DNA of 62,257 bases, filler included. It is 6 parts of 6 records of this genome, joined end to end, with 100 filler letters (N's around TTAATTAATTAA, not from the genome) between each part and the next. Parts side by side here need not be neighbours in the genome. Positions count along the whole stretch, not along the records: positions 1 to 24,699 come from SRR31147125_496; 5 more parts are not named here. The stretch is one strand, 5' to 3'. Below, piece by piece: positions 1-9,793 of this stretch (positions are counted from its first letter, which is position 1; the number at the start of each line of letters is the position of its first letter). A program made the translations under genes and the position numbers. A model generated the notes under the pieces. That model was not told the DNA's origin and did no database searches. It saw nothing but the letters and a program-made list of their open reading frames with translations.

Positions 1-368
1 TTTTTTATATCTTGCTCTAGATTTTTCCATATCATAGGGTATTGCTTCTACTTCAACATAGGCTTGATTATTTTCTACAATGATGAGTCCTATTTCTAAT
101 CGTCTCAGCAAGTATATGAGGTTTTTATAACTTGAACCTCTTTTTTTAAGGATTCACGTGGAATTGCAATATATGTTTGATCCATTGTTTTTTGTCTATC
201 AATCGCTTGATAGATAAGTTTCATAGATACTTTTGTTTTTAATTCTACAGCCAGCAAAACATCGCCTTTCGAAGCCAAAATATCTATGTTTTTAACTTCA
301 GCTCTAACTATGAAACCTTGTGATTCTAATAATGATTTTACGGGATCATATAAACTAGTTTCTTTCAT
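1..368 (-). CDS. DUF2161-family putative PD-(D/E)XK nuclease; frameshifted at an A7 run near 145 and running off the window start
   Basis: N-terminus MKETSLYDPVK..GF.VRAEV..IDI..VELK..LIYQAIDRQK. Adding one A continues the frame as RGSSYKNLIYLLRRLEIGLIIV, matching the family LLRRLELGL motif. Confidence 0.7.
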
Positions 369-901
369 GATTCGATGCTAATTGATGTAATGGTTACTTC
401 AGTGAGTGGTGCATCAGAAAAGTTAGTACTAACTGCAGCAATTTGATCGAGTACATCAAAACCATCAATCATCATCCCAAATGCCGCATAATCACCATCT
501 AAAAATGTAGAATCTTGGTGAACAATAAAAAATTGACTTGTCGCACTATCTTTGACCGATGTTCTTGCCATTGATATAACACCTCTTGTATGTGATAAAT
601 CATTGGTCACACCATTGCTTGAAAACTCACCTTGGATTGCATCTCTTGTATCATCAACTATACCACCTTGAATCATAAAATCTTCAATAATCCGATGAAA
701 AGTAGAGCCGTCATAAGCCTCATCTTCAACATATGACATAAAATTTTCAACAGTGATTGGTGCCATATCTTTATATAATTCTATCCTTATATCACCATAG
801 TCTTCGATACTTATAACAATGATAGGGTTTCCTTCTTCTGCTTTACTACATCCAGCTAAGGATATTGTCATCAACAATATAATTAAAATAAGTCTTTTCA
901 T
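365..901 (-). CDS. Cyclophilin-type peptidyl-prolyl cis-trans isomerase, lipoprotein
   Basis: Lipobox LAGC; motifs APITVENF, FHRIIEDFMIQGG, HTRGVISMAR, SATSQFFIVH, LDGDYAAFG. Confidence 0.93.
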   Translation of the reverse strand: MKRLILIILLMTISLAGCSKAEEGNPIIVISIEDYGDIRIELYKDMAPITVENFMSYVEDEAYDGSTFHRIIEDFMIQGGIVDDTRDAIQGEFSSNGVTNDLSHTRGVISMARTSVKDSATSQFFIVHQDSTFLDGDYAAFGMMIDGFDVLDQIAAVSTNFSDAPLTEVTITSISIES

Positions 902-1536
902 TTGTAATCTCCGTCTACTTTATAAGTTTTTATTTTTTTTCTAAATAAATAATTTTCTGCTTGGACGCTATATTTAGGCCCTTTCATTTTTTGTAATACT
1001 TGTTCTAATGGTATATCTCTTTGTCTTTTAAATTTAAAATATCTATCTAAATGTTCTAGATTAAACTGGTATTTTTCATCAATCACACCAATGAATTCAA
1101 AATCATCATCAAGATATGCAATTGTAGCATCTCCATGACTATCATTGGCAAGTAAAATACCACCTTTTTTTAAATACTTTTTCGCAGCTTTTGATACAAA
1201 ACCTGCATATTTTGAAATCACTAAATCAACCTTATCAATGTTTAAGTCATCATGATAATTTTGTCCAAAAAAATTAATTTTGCTATGTGTCTTATACACT
1301 TTATGTTTCTCAATCAATGCTTTTACCTGTTCTAAGTCTTTAAAAAAACTAATGGTTCCCTTATAACTATCGACATATGTCACATCAGGCATAAAAAAAG
1401 AAGGCGTAATGTCTATATGAGATCCAGGATATAGCGCTCGTTCGATGTTAAAGTATTTTATCATTGCTTGATACAATTTTTTCCTATCACCAATCGTTTG
1501 TTGATAACTTATATATGTTTGTTCGATTTGATTCAT
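898..1536 (-). CDS. Conserved hypothetical protein, class I SAM-methyltransferase-like fold
   Basis: LYPGSHIDI, VTYVD, VDLVISKYAG, YLKKGGILL.ND; ATG at 1536 follows an AAGGGG RBS. Confidence 0.55.
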   Translation of the reverse strand: MNQIEQTYISYQQTIGDRKKLYQAMIKYFNIERALYPGSHIDITPSFFMPDVTYVDSYKGTISFFKDLEQVKALIEKHKVYKTHSKINFFGQNYHDDLNIDKVDLVISKYAGFVSKAAKKYLKKGGILLANDSHGDATIAYLDDDFEFIGVIDEKYQFNLEHLDRYFKFKRQRDIPLEQVLQKMKGPKYSVQAENYLFRKKIKTYKVDGDYK

Positions 1537-1701
1537 ATGAACCCCTTTTCTATGATTACTCAAATATTAACATAAAACACACCAAAATAACAAATATATG
1601 AATAGATTTATAGCTTTCTATGCATTTCGTTTATTTTTTTAAATTCTGCAAAAATAAGCCTTAATCACCATGATATATTGATGATAACAAGAGGTGTGTT
1701 T

Positions 1702-3254
1702 ATGAAATTATTAGTAAGTTTAATTCCAATTATTACTCCATTTATTATTTTAGTTTTACTCAAAAAACCTGCTAAAATAGGTATGCTAATTACTTTTTTA
1801 CTTTTAAGTGTTTCAGCAATCTTTATATGGCAAATGGATCTATCAGTTATCATAGCTTCTATCCTACAAGGCATCCATAAATCTATAGGTATATTACTTA
1901 TCTTATTTGGGGCAATTGTTTTACTTAATGTATTAAAGAAAACAGGTGCTATCAACACCATTACACATGGGTTTAATCGCATCACTGAAGATATACGTAT
2001 CCAAGTGATCTTAATAGCTTTTTTATTTGGTAGTCTTATTGAAGGTGTCAGTGGTTTTGGTACCCCTGCAGTAGTGGTTGCACCATTACTGGTTGTTTTA
2101 GGGTTTAATCCAATTACAAGTGCAACGATTGCATTAATCGCAAACAGTGTACCTGTACCATTTGGTGCAGTTGGCACACCGATAGCAGTGGGTTTATCTA
2201 ATATTGATTTATCGGCTGCATCCATACAAGAAATTGCTATATCCATTGTTAGAATTGATATGCTTGCAGGTATATTTATTCCAACTATATTAATGTTTAT
2301 ATTAGTTTATACACACCCTAAAAGAGATATGAAAAAGTTTTAGAAATTCTTCCTTTCTCATTACTGGTGGGTTTGATTTATGAATTAATCGCACTAATTG
2401 TCGTATCTTTTATTGGCTATGAGTTTGTCAGTATCATCACACCCATCATGACACTTATAATTGCTATTGCTCTTACAAAATATCAAATACTTGCACCAAA
2501 GCATCTATGGAAACATGAAAATCATGCATTTGAAAATACATCTGATATGCCATTTATTAAAGCATGGATGCCTTATGTTTTAGTTGTTTTATTACTTATT
2601 TTAACAAGAATCATTCCTGTTATAAAAACTTTTGTTACAACTCATGTAACACTAAATTATCAAAACATATTAGGTCATCCTATTCACAGCAATTTACAAG
2701 TTTTATATAATCCAGGATTTATACTCGCGCTTGTCGCATTAATCTCTTTATTCATACTTAAGAAACCTTTATCTATTTATAAAGATGCAAGCAAAGAAAC
2801 CTTGATATCTATGAAAAATGCAGCTTTAACACTTCTTCCAACGCTTGCGATGGTACAAATATTTACAAATTCAGGTTTATCACCAAATGGACAATCAATG
2901 CCTGTCTATTTAGCAGAACAACTCGGAAGCTTATTTGGTCATTCTTGGTATATTGCAAGTCCATATGTCGGATCACTTGGATCTTTTATTAGTGGTAGTG
3001 CAACTGTTTCAAATTTAACTTTTTCAGTCATTCAATATGAACTTGCATTAAACTTTGGTCTAAATGCACATATCGTACTCGCACTTGGTACACTTGGTGC
3101 AGCAATTGGTAATATGATCTGTATTCATAATATTGTTAGCGTTGGTGCAGTGACTGGTGTTAATAATCAAGAAGGTCTCATTTTAAAGAAAACAATTATG
3201 CCTGCATTATTATATGGGTTCTTAGCATTTATATCAGCTATGATTATTTTTTAA
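1702..3254 (+). CDS. lctP: L-lactate permease (split by a 1-nt loss in a T run at about 2340)
   Basis: [54 protein letters not shown]; restoring one T joins the two ORFs. Confidence 0.88.
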
Positions 3255-3255
3255 A

Positions 3256-3289
3256 CAAAAGGCTAGCTCCGGTGGAGTTAGCCTTTTTA
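3256..3289. terminator. Bidirectional intrinsic terminator between convergent lctP and chrA genes
   Basis: AAAAGGCTAGCTCC-GGT-GGAGTTAGCCTTTTT hairpin with A/T tracts. Confidence 0.8.
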
Positions 3290-3293
3290 TGTA

Positions 3294-3827
3294 TCAAAAT
3301 ACTATTATACCAAGTACTGCACCAAAGATAATCACAATCCATGGTTTATTTCTAAATAAATAATAAATCCCGATTAATACAACAAATAAAATGACACTTA
3401 TGATATCGATTGAAAAAGATGTACTTTCTTTTATAAATGCAATTTCTGCAACATCAATAAATGAATATCCAATCAATCCAACAATTGCTGGTCTAATATA
3501 TAAAAACCAATTTTTAACGAGTGCTTTTTCTCGATGTTTTCTAAGTAGATTCGCGATAAGTGAGACAATCAAAAATGATGGTAATATAAAACTAATGGTT
3601 GCAACAAGTGCACCAATAACACCAAATTGATCAAAGCCTACATATGTAGCAACATTAATACCTATAGGTCCTGGTGTTGATTGAGCAATGGCGACCATGC
3701 TATAAAAATCTTCTAGTGTAATCCATCCTCTTTCTACCACTTGTTGCTGAATTAAAGGAATAGCAACAAGTCCTCCACCAATGGTAAATAGACCAATATA
3801 TAAAAATATGAATATAATACTAAGCAT
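3294..3827 (-). CDS. chrA: Short-chain chromate transporter (CHR family), second subunit
   Basis: GLFTIGGG, AIAQSTPGPIGINVATYVG, ILPSF. Confidence 0.9.
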   Translation of the reverse strand: MLSIIFIFLYIGLFTIGGGLVAIPLIQQQVVERGWITLEDFYSMVAIAQSTPGPIGINVATYVGFDQFGVIGALVATISFILPSFLIVSLIANLLRKHREKALVKNWFLYIRPAIVGLIGYSFIDVAEIAFIKESTSFSIDIISVILFVVLIGIYYLFRNKPWIVIIFGAVLGIIVF

Positions 3828-4383
3828 CTTTTTGCCTCCAATACTTAAAAGCAATTGTATGCAACGTACCTAGTAAAAATGAGATTAAAATAATATATAT
3901 CGTTGAAAAATCAAAAAAATAGACTGCACTAAAACACATGAGTGCATAAAGTGCTAAACCAATATGTACGATTGCTTTTTTCCCTATTTGAATAATGGCT
4001 GCACCTAATAAGATAACCACGACCAATATAATACCCTTCATTGCATTTTGAACAACTTCTATTTCTGAAAATTCTGATAAAACGGCTGCGATAATTGTAA
4101 TCACTATGATTGAAGGTAGTGCAACACCAATCACAGACACGAGTGCACCTAGTCTTTTTCTAATGTGTTGTCCAGTAAGTGTTGCAATATTTATGGCAAT
4201 CATTCCTGGAGCAACTTGTGAAACGACGATATAGTCATCAAAGTCATCATCGCTAATCCATTTTCTTCCTACAATCTCTTTTCTGATGATCGGTAGCATC
4301 GCAAGTCCACCACCAAATGTGAGTGCGCCTAGTTTAAAAAATACCAAAAATAAACTGATGAGTTTTACTTGTTGTTTATCCAT
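3820..4383 (-). CDS. chrA: Short-chain chromate transporter (CHR family), first subunit
   Basis: FFKLGALTFGGG, SQVAPGMIAIN, ALPS; overlaps the paralog as in paired SCHR genes. Confidence 0.9.
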   Translation of the reverse strand: MDKQQVKLISLFLVFFKLGALTFGGGLAMLPIIRKEIVGRKWISDDDFDDYIVVSQVAPGMIAINIATLTGQHIRKRLGALVSVIGVALPSIIVITIIAAVLSEFSEIEVVQNAMKGIILVVVILLGAAIIQIGKKAIVHIGLALYALMCFSAVYFFDFSTIYIILISFLLGTLHTIAFKYWRQKDA

Positions 4384-4603
4384 TTATGTCTATCTCCTTA
4401 ATAAATTAATCACTAGTGAAATAAGTATTCTCTAGCAATGACTTTCATCTTTGTATGTATGTCACTATATCTATCATACTATATTTTAATTATTTTTACA
4501 CGGATATTCATAGAAGTGAAATATTATATTTCAACTTATATATTACTGATATATACTGATTTATACATCAATATGTGATTTTTCATATATTTAGTTAAAT
4601 TCA

Positions 4604-4632
4604 TTGAAAATATTAATTATATTTTGTATATT
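4604..4632 (+). promoter_or_regulatory. Sigma-70/sigma-A type promoter upstream of the riboswitch
   Basis: TTGAAA-17 nt-TATATT. Confidence 0.55.
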
Positions 4633-4723
4633 AAACTATAGGCAAAACTAAAGAAATTTGGTGACGCAAAACTATAGGGTCTTATAAAGATAGCCAGTTG
4701 CATTTAGCAACTGGTATTTTTTT
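4633..4723 (+). ncRNA. Cyclic di-GMP-I (GEMM) riboswitch with overlapping intrinsic terminator
   Basis: GGCAAAAC-TAAA-GAAA-TTTG-GTGACGCAAAACTATAGGGTCT...ATAGCCAGTTGC matches the GEMM consensus; terminator CCAGTTGC-ATTTA-GCAACTGG-T7 at 4694-4723. Confidence 0.9.
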
Positions 4724-4740
4724 ATTTTATAGGAGGTTCC

Positions 4741-5511
4741 ATGATTAAAAAAACAATTATATTCATATTAATCATATTAACCATTTTTTCCTTTCGATCG
4801 ACCTACGCCTATTGGGCAAAAGGCATCCAAGCTTCTACAACTACAGAAGCACAAATGGTTTCAATAGGTACATGGTTGGTTTCAAATTCAATAACGTATG
4901 ATTTTGAAACTGTTGATTCATTAAATACTGTATTATCTGATGGAGGTTCTGTCGCAAGAGGTTCTTTTAGAAACAGACGCACAAGCATACAATCTAGCAA
5001 TGGTTTATTATACATTCCTAACGCAAATGAAACTTATTCAATTACAGTAAAAGCACAAATGTTAAATAGTTATGGTAGTGGGTATGGTGTTTTATTTGAT
5101 ACAATTGCTACTAACTTATCATCTCAAACAGATACTGGTTATATTGTACAATTTGATCGTGGATTTGCTGATGGTGAAATCATTATTAGACCAAGGGTTA
5201 ATGGTGGTGAACGAAACCCTGTCTATCGTTATGCTGTTGGATTTGATAGCTCAGGTAATTTTGTGACTTCTGGTGGTACTAAAGATAAATATAATGATTG
5301 GTGGTTTGACACACATGAATTAACACTTGTTGTTTCAAATGTTGCATCAGTCAACGCAATCAAAGAAGTTTCTGTATTTATCGATCAACAATATTTATTC
5401 TCATATCAATATGCTTCTACTTATTTAGTTGGATTTCAAGTTGAAGATTATTTAGTAGGACTTAGAAATTGGAGTGGAACTGTTGCATATTATCAAATTA
5501 ATATCACATAA
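4741..5511 (+). CDS. Secreted protein with SipW-type-like signal (STYAYW) and a predicted beta-sandwich/lectin-like domain
   Basis: AGGAGG RBS; basic-hydrophobic N-terminus ending STYAYW; beta-strand-rich body (GYGVLFD, GYIVQFD, THELTLVV, VSVFID, VGLRNW). Confidence 0.7.
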   Translation: MIKKTIIFILIILTIFSFRSTYAYWAKGIQASTTTEAQMVSIGTWLVSNSITYDFETVDSLNTVLSDGGSVARGSFRNRRTSIQSSNGLLYIPNANETYSITVKAQMLNSYGSGYGVLFDTIATNLSSQTDTGYIVQFDRGFADGEIIIRPRVNGGERNPVYRYAVGFDSSGNFVTSGGTKDKYNDWWFDTHELTLVVSNVASVNAIKEVSVFIDQQYLFSYQYASTYLVGFQVEDYLVGLRNWSGTVAYYQINIT

Positions 5512-5546
5512 AAAGAAGGATATTGCACTTTGCAATATCCTTTTTC
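5512..5546. terminator. Bidirectional intrinsic terminator
   Basis: AAGGATATTGCA-CTT-TGCAATATCCTT hairpin flanked by A and T runs. Confidence 0.82.
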
Positions 5547-5547
5547 G

Positions 5548-5940
5548 TTATCTTAAATAGATAAGCCAAATCACACCAAACTGATCTTTTAAACTAAATC
5601 CAAGATCACTCCATCCTAGGGCCATTGGTTGATAATAAATGTTTTTAGCATCATGTTTTAAGACATCATAAGCGTGCATGATTTTTTCTTGCGACTGCAG
5701 TTCAACATTAACTGTAAATCGCAATTGATCAACATCAGGTTGTTCTCTTGCATCATTAATAAATAGTATCGCATCATCTATTGCTAACGCAGCATGTGCA
5801 ATACCATCATCACATGAATCCTCTATCATATCTTTATAGAGGGTGATTTCTCCAACATCTCTAGCGTGAAATGCATGTTTATAGAACATCATTGCTTTTC
5901 TTGCGTTATCTACACTAATAAATGGGAATATCTTACTCAT
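5548..5940 (-). CDS. VOC/glyoxalase (PhnB-like) protein
   Basis: PFISVDNARKAM.FY..AF, IAHAAL.I, LKDQFGVIW. Confidence 0.8.
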   Translation of the reverse strand: MSKIFPFISVDNARKAMMFYKHAFHARDVGEITLYKDMIEDSCDDGIAHAALAIDDAILFINDAREQPDVDQLRFTVNVELQSQEKIMHAYDVLKHDAKNIYYQPMALGWSDLGFSLKDQFGVIWLIYLR

Positions 5941-8900
5941 TATTTATCTCCTTTATTTTTGCTCTCATACGTCTTAACTCTTGATTAGGATTTTTATACC
6001 AATTACTTGAAAACACACGGTATATATGCCAATGTCTTGCTTTTAAGTATTTATCTAAATGCAATAATTCTTTCCTTGCATCCACATGCATTTCATCTGA
6101 TAGATCGCAAATAATACCTAAGACATATGATTGACGATCTCTATCATAAATCGCAAGATCTATTGTATAACCCCCAATACCTACATTTTTAATCACTTCA
6201 TAATGATTGCGCTCTAATCGTTTTTTAATATCTTCGGTCATTTGATGGCGTGCACTTATATTTAAAGTTTCTTGCTGATTACTTAAACTTAGTAATAATT
6301 TTCTTGCATCATCTTGTTGACCTTTAGAGATGAAGTAACAATATCTCATGTAGTCCTTTAATAATTTAGGTCCAACACTACTAAGGTCATCGACTTTTAA
6401 CTCTTCTGGGTATAGTGAACTTACAAAATATATTTTTTGTTTTGCCCGACTAATCGCTACATTTAATCGATTTTGTCCACCTTCATTATTTAACCATCCA
6501 AAATTCCTTTTTACGATACCATTAACATCTTTTGCATAACCCATAGAGAAAATAATAATATCTCTTTCATCCCCTTGAACATTTTCAATGTTTTTAATAA
6601 ATAAACTTTTATCTTCTTTATCTTCAGTTCTAAATAATTCTTTTTCAAACATTTTTTGATATTTTCCACTTTTAAATAATGCTTCATCAACAAGATTTTC
6701 TATTAGATCTCTTTGTGTAGCACTAAATGTGATCACACCGATTGTTTCATCATTTTTTCGTGTTTTAAAAATATGTTTTAATAAATTTATTACTTTTTTA
6801 GCTTCTTCAACATTTCTTCGATGTTCAAATACACCATTTTTTACATAAACATATTCAATAGGTGGCTTTTCCATATGGTGTTGATTAGGTGATACGATGA
6901 GTTTCCCATCATAAAAAGCGTGATTAGAAAATGCAATAAGTTCTTCATAAATAGATCGATAATGATAGTTAAGCACAGTTTCTTGGTAACGATATCTTGC
7001 TAAATCTAATAAACTTTTTGCGTCTTTTGATATATCTTGGAGCACTTCACCATCATCATCGTTATGTTCTGATATTTTACCAATACCTAAACTTGATGGT
7101 CTTAATTGTTTCGTATCGCCAGCAATGACAACTTTTTTAGCACGATAAATAGCAGGAATACCTTTTTCGACATACATCTGACTCGCTTCATCAAAAATTA
7201 CAATATCAAACATACCATAAATCAGTGGCATAATCGTACTCACAACTTCTGGTGTCATCATCCATATGCGCACATGATGAAACAATTCTAATTGAAATAC
7301 ATCAATAAATGATTTAATACTCATACGATTTTGTCCATCGATGACACGTTTGATGTCCATAACTCTTTTCGTATTAGAAAAGCCGAGTGCTTCTTGATAT
7401 AAACTCATGTTAAATGATTCAGTATTCACTTGTTTTTTTGCTGCGATTAATTGATTAAGTTGATTGAGTTTTTCTTCATGTTTTTCTAGTATGTATAAAG
7501 ATGATTGACGTTTTGCATAAAAACTTTCTAGGTAACCTGTATAAAACGCATCAAACAAGTATGTTCTAAGGTGACCGACATCTTCAATTTCTTGAAGTAG
7601 TGGTGCATCAGATAACATATCTAAAAAAGTTAAATGATACGAATCTAATTGTTCATACTTCGTTCTAATACGGTTTAAATCATTTAAATGTGTAAGATAA
7701 TATGTATGAAGTTTTTCATCTTTAAATAATCGTTTAAAATATTTCTTTATAAATCTATTTTTATGAGATAAAAATGAAAGATTTTTAATGTGTGTGTTTA
7801 TCAATGATTGTTTAAGTTTTCGACGCTTAAAAAACCACGTGTGTTTAAGATCATATTTAAATGATTCAAAGTCTTTTGAAAAGTCTTTATAAATTAACTT
7901 TTGACTTCTTGTTAGTTTTGATTCAATTTTAGATAATAAAGGATAGCTTCTTAGCATCTGATGATATAACAGATATTCATCTAGATGTTTCTTTTGTTTA
8001 AAAATCTTTTCTATGTCTTCTAAGCAATCAAAATCAATATGCTTAAAATACTGTGTAAACATTTTATGTACATGAAGTGGCAACAAATCGTCTTTTATAT
8101 CTTTATCAACAACATATCGATGATATAGTGTATATGCTTTTCTGCCTTGTATTTCTTCAAGATACATGGATTTTAGGGATGCATCAAAAGTTTCAATCAA
8201 CGCATGTATTTGTTCTTCGATATCAAAGACATCATTGTTCCTAGTGCGTGTTGGTGGCATCGGATCAATAAAGCTTTTTAATTGGTCATAAAAGACTTGT
8301 TTATTTTGAGCATCATCAATAAACATCGCATATTTTGATGCATCTTTTAATCTTGAATATATCACATCTAGTGCTACTTTTTTCTCACTTATCACAAGTA
8401 CTTTTTGATGATTGAGTATGCTTGAAGCAATTAAGTTCGTAATCGTTTGACTTTTACCAGTACCAGGTGGTCCCCAAATGACAAGTTTTTCTTCTTGATT
8501 AAGTAGATCTATAACTTTTTCTTGTGAAAAGTTTAAATCAGATATATATGAAATATTTGATTCCTTAATTTTTAAGTGGTCAATTGAAAAATCACGCTGA
8601 TCATCAGCATATAACCCTTTTTCATCAATCAATCCTTCAAGTAATTTATTATATTTATTAGATGCAAGTATTTGATTAATATCTTTTTGTATCATTGATG
8701 CATATAACTGATATGTCCCTAGCGTCATAAATGATCTTACATTTATTTTGTTTTTAGTGCGTTTTAAAAAATCTTTCTTTAATTCATTAGAAAATGGTTC
8801 AATCGTTAATTGTTTTATTTTATCTTTTATCACAAGTCCATGAGACTCATAAAATGGGATAACAACATCGTTTAAATGTTTTAAATCAAAGTCTCCGGTA

Positions 8901-9658
8901 AAACTAGTTTTTGACTCTATAACGCTTTTTTCCGCCTTTGATAATGCCAGCAATAAGTCTCTATTATATTGGATATCTTTGTCTTTATCTTTTTTAATCA
9001 CAAATACTTTTTTAGTACGCATAAGTTTTACTGGAAAAAACAAAAGCGGTGCTTTAATCATTAAATGTTCTTTGGGTTTTGATAATTCAACAAATGGATA
9101 AGCGATATATAAATCATATGAACCAGTTTCTCTATTCACCTGATTGATATGTCTATATAGTTGTGTCAAATCATCAATCTCATCATTTAAAAGCACTTGA
9201 TCTTTATCATTAATTGTAATTTTGGAAACACGTTTGTTTGTTAAAAAATTAAACCACTTAGATGCCATATCTATACGATTTAAGTCAAGTGTTTTTTTCT
9301 TACTGATTTTACCCATATATAAATTTGTGTTTCTCTTTGATATATTCGTTAATCTATCTTTATAATGATCTAGAATTTTATATGCGTGCTTGGAAACACC
9401 TACCTCATCAATATGTTTTTGACTTTCATGCATGATGACTTGTAAAAAGCGATATGCATATTGATCCATGAATGTTTTATTAATGCCTGAAATCGCTAAA
9501 AAATCGCTTGTTTTAAGCGGTTTTTTGATTGCAATCTCTTTTAATGTTTCATCAGAACATATAAAGACATCTTTGCCAGTAGATTCATACATTTCATGTT
9601 TGATTGATTCTCTTAATGCATCAAGTGCATCAAGTAATTGATCTCTTTTTATTGCCAT
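5933..9658 (-). CDS. HRDC + DUF4011 + SF1 (UPF1/DNA2-like) helicase + C-terminal Vsr/REase-like domain
   Basis: N-terminal HRDC-like LDALR..VFICSDETLKEIA.KKP..LAISGI; DUF4011-like RLTNISKRN, APLLFFPVKL; GPPGTGKS, DEASQ, AGDTKQL, HYRS, IENVQGDERD, RLNVAISRAK; tail GGYTIDLAI..LGIICD..W.IYRVFS.NW. Confidence 0.85.
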   Translation of the reverse strand: MAIKRDQLLDALDALRESIKHEMYESTGKDVFICSDETLKEIAIKKPLKTSDFLAISGINKTFMDQYAYRFLQVIMHESQKHIDEVGVSKHAYKILDHYKDRLTNISKRNTNLYMGKISKKKTLDLNRIDMASKWFNFLTNKRVSKITINDKDQVLLNDEIDDLTQLYRHINQVNRETGSYDLYIAYPFVELSKPKEHLMIKAPLLFFPVKLMRTKKVFVIKKDKDKDIQYNRDLLLALSKAEKSVIESKTSFTGDFDLKHLNDVVIPFYESHGLVIKDKIKQLTIEPFSNELKKDFLKRTKNKINVRSFMTLGTYQLYASMIQKDINQILASNKYNKLLEGLIDEKGLYADDQRDFSIDHLKIKESNISYISDLNFSQEKVIDLLNQEEKLVIWGPPGTGKSQTITNLIASSILNHQKVLVISEKKVALDVIYSRLKDASKYAMFIDDAQNKQVFYDQLKSFIDPMPPTRTRNNDVFDIEEQIHALIETFDASLKSMYLEEIQGRKAYTLYHRYVVDKDIKDDLLPLHVHKMFTQYFKHIDFDCLEDIEKIFKQKKHLDEYLLYHQMLRSYPLLSKIESKLTRSQKLIYKDFSKDFESFKYDLKHTWFFKRRKLKQSLINTHIKNLSFLSHKNRFIKKYFKRLFKDEKLHTYYLTHLNDLNRIRTKYEQLDSYHLTFLDMLSDAPLLQEIEDVGHLRTYLFDAFYTGYLESFYAKRQSSLYILEKHEEKLNQLNQLIAAKKQVNTESFNMSLYQEALGFSNTKRVMDIKRVIDGQNRMSIKSFIDVFQLELFHHVRIWMMTPEVVSTIMPLIYGMFDIVIFDEASQMYVEKGIPAIYRAKKVVIAGDTKQLRPSSLGIGKISEHNDDDGEVLQDISKDAKSLLDLARYRYQETVLNYHYRSIYEELIAFSNHAFYDGKLIVSPNQHHMEKPPIEYVYVKNGVFEHRRNVEEAKKVINLLKHIFKTRKNDETIGVITFSATQRDLIENLVDEALFKSGKYQKMFEKELFRTEDKEDKSLFIKNIENVQGDERDIIIFSMGYAKDVNGIVKRNFGWLNNEGGQNRLNVAISRAKQKIYFVSSLYPEELKVDDLSSVGPKLLKDYMRYCYFISKGQQDDARKLLLSLSNQQETLNISARHQMTEDIKKRLERNHYEVIKNVGIGGYTIDLAIYDRDRQSYVLGIICDLSDEMHVDARKELLHLDKYLKARHWHIYRVFSSNWYKNPNQELRRMRAKIKEINNE

Positions 9659-9742
9659 ATATTTCCCCTTTTTTATAGTCTATCACTTCATGCGTTATAA
9701 ATGCAATAAGTAAACCTTTATTAACACATGCTAAATACAAAT

Positions 9743-9778
9743 AAAAAAAGCTGATCCCATTTTCATGGTGATCAGCTT
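9743..9778 (-). terminator. Intrinsic terminator of the ato operon
   Basis: AAGCTGATC..GATCAGCTT stem followed on the minus strand by T7. Confidence 0.75.
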
Positions 9779-9793
9779 AACTTTAAATATTAA

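Noticed and set aside
1665-2246. 193-aa minus-strand ORF and similar antisense ORFs (e.g. 25537-25893, 32785-33348, 46673-47155)
   Set aside because: They lie opposite well-supported genes and show no family motifs.
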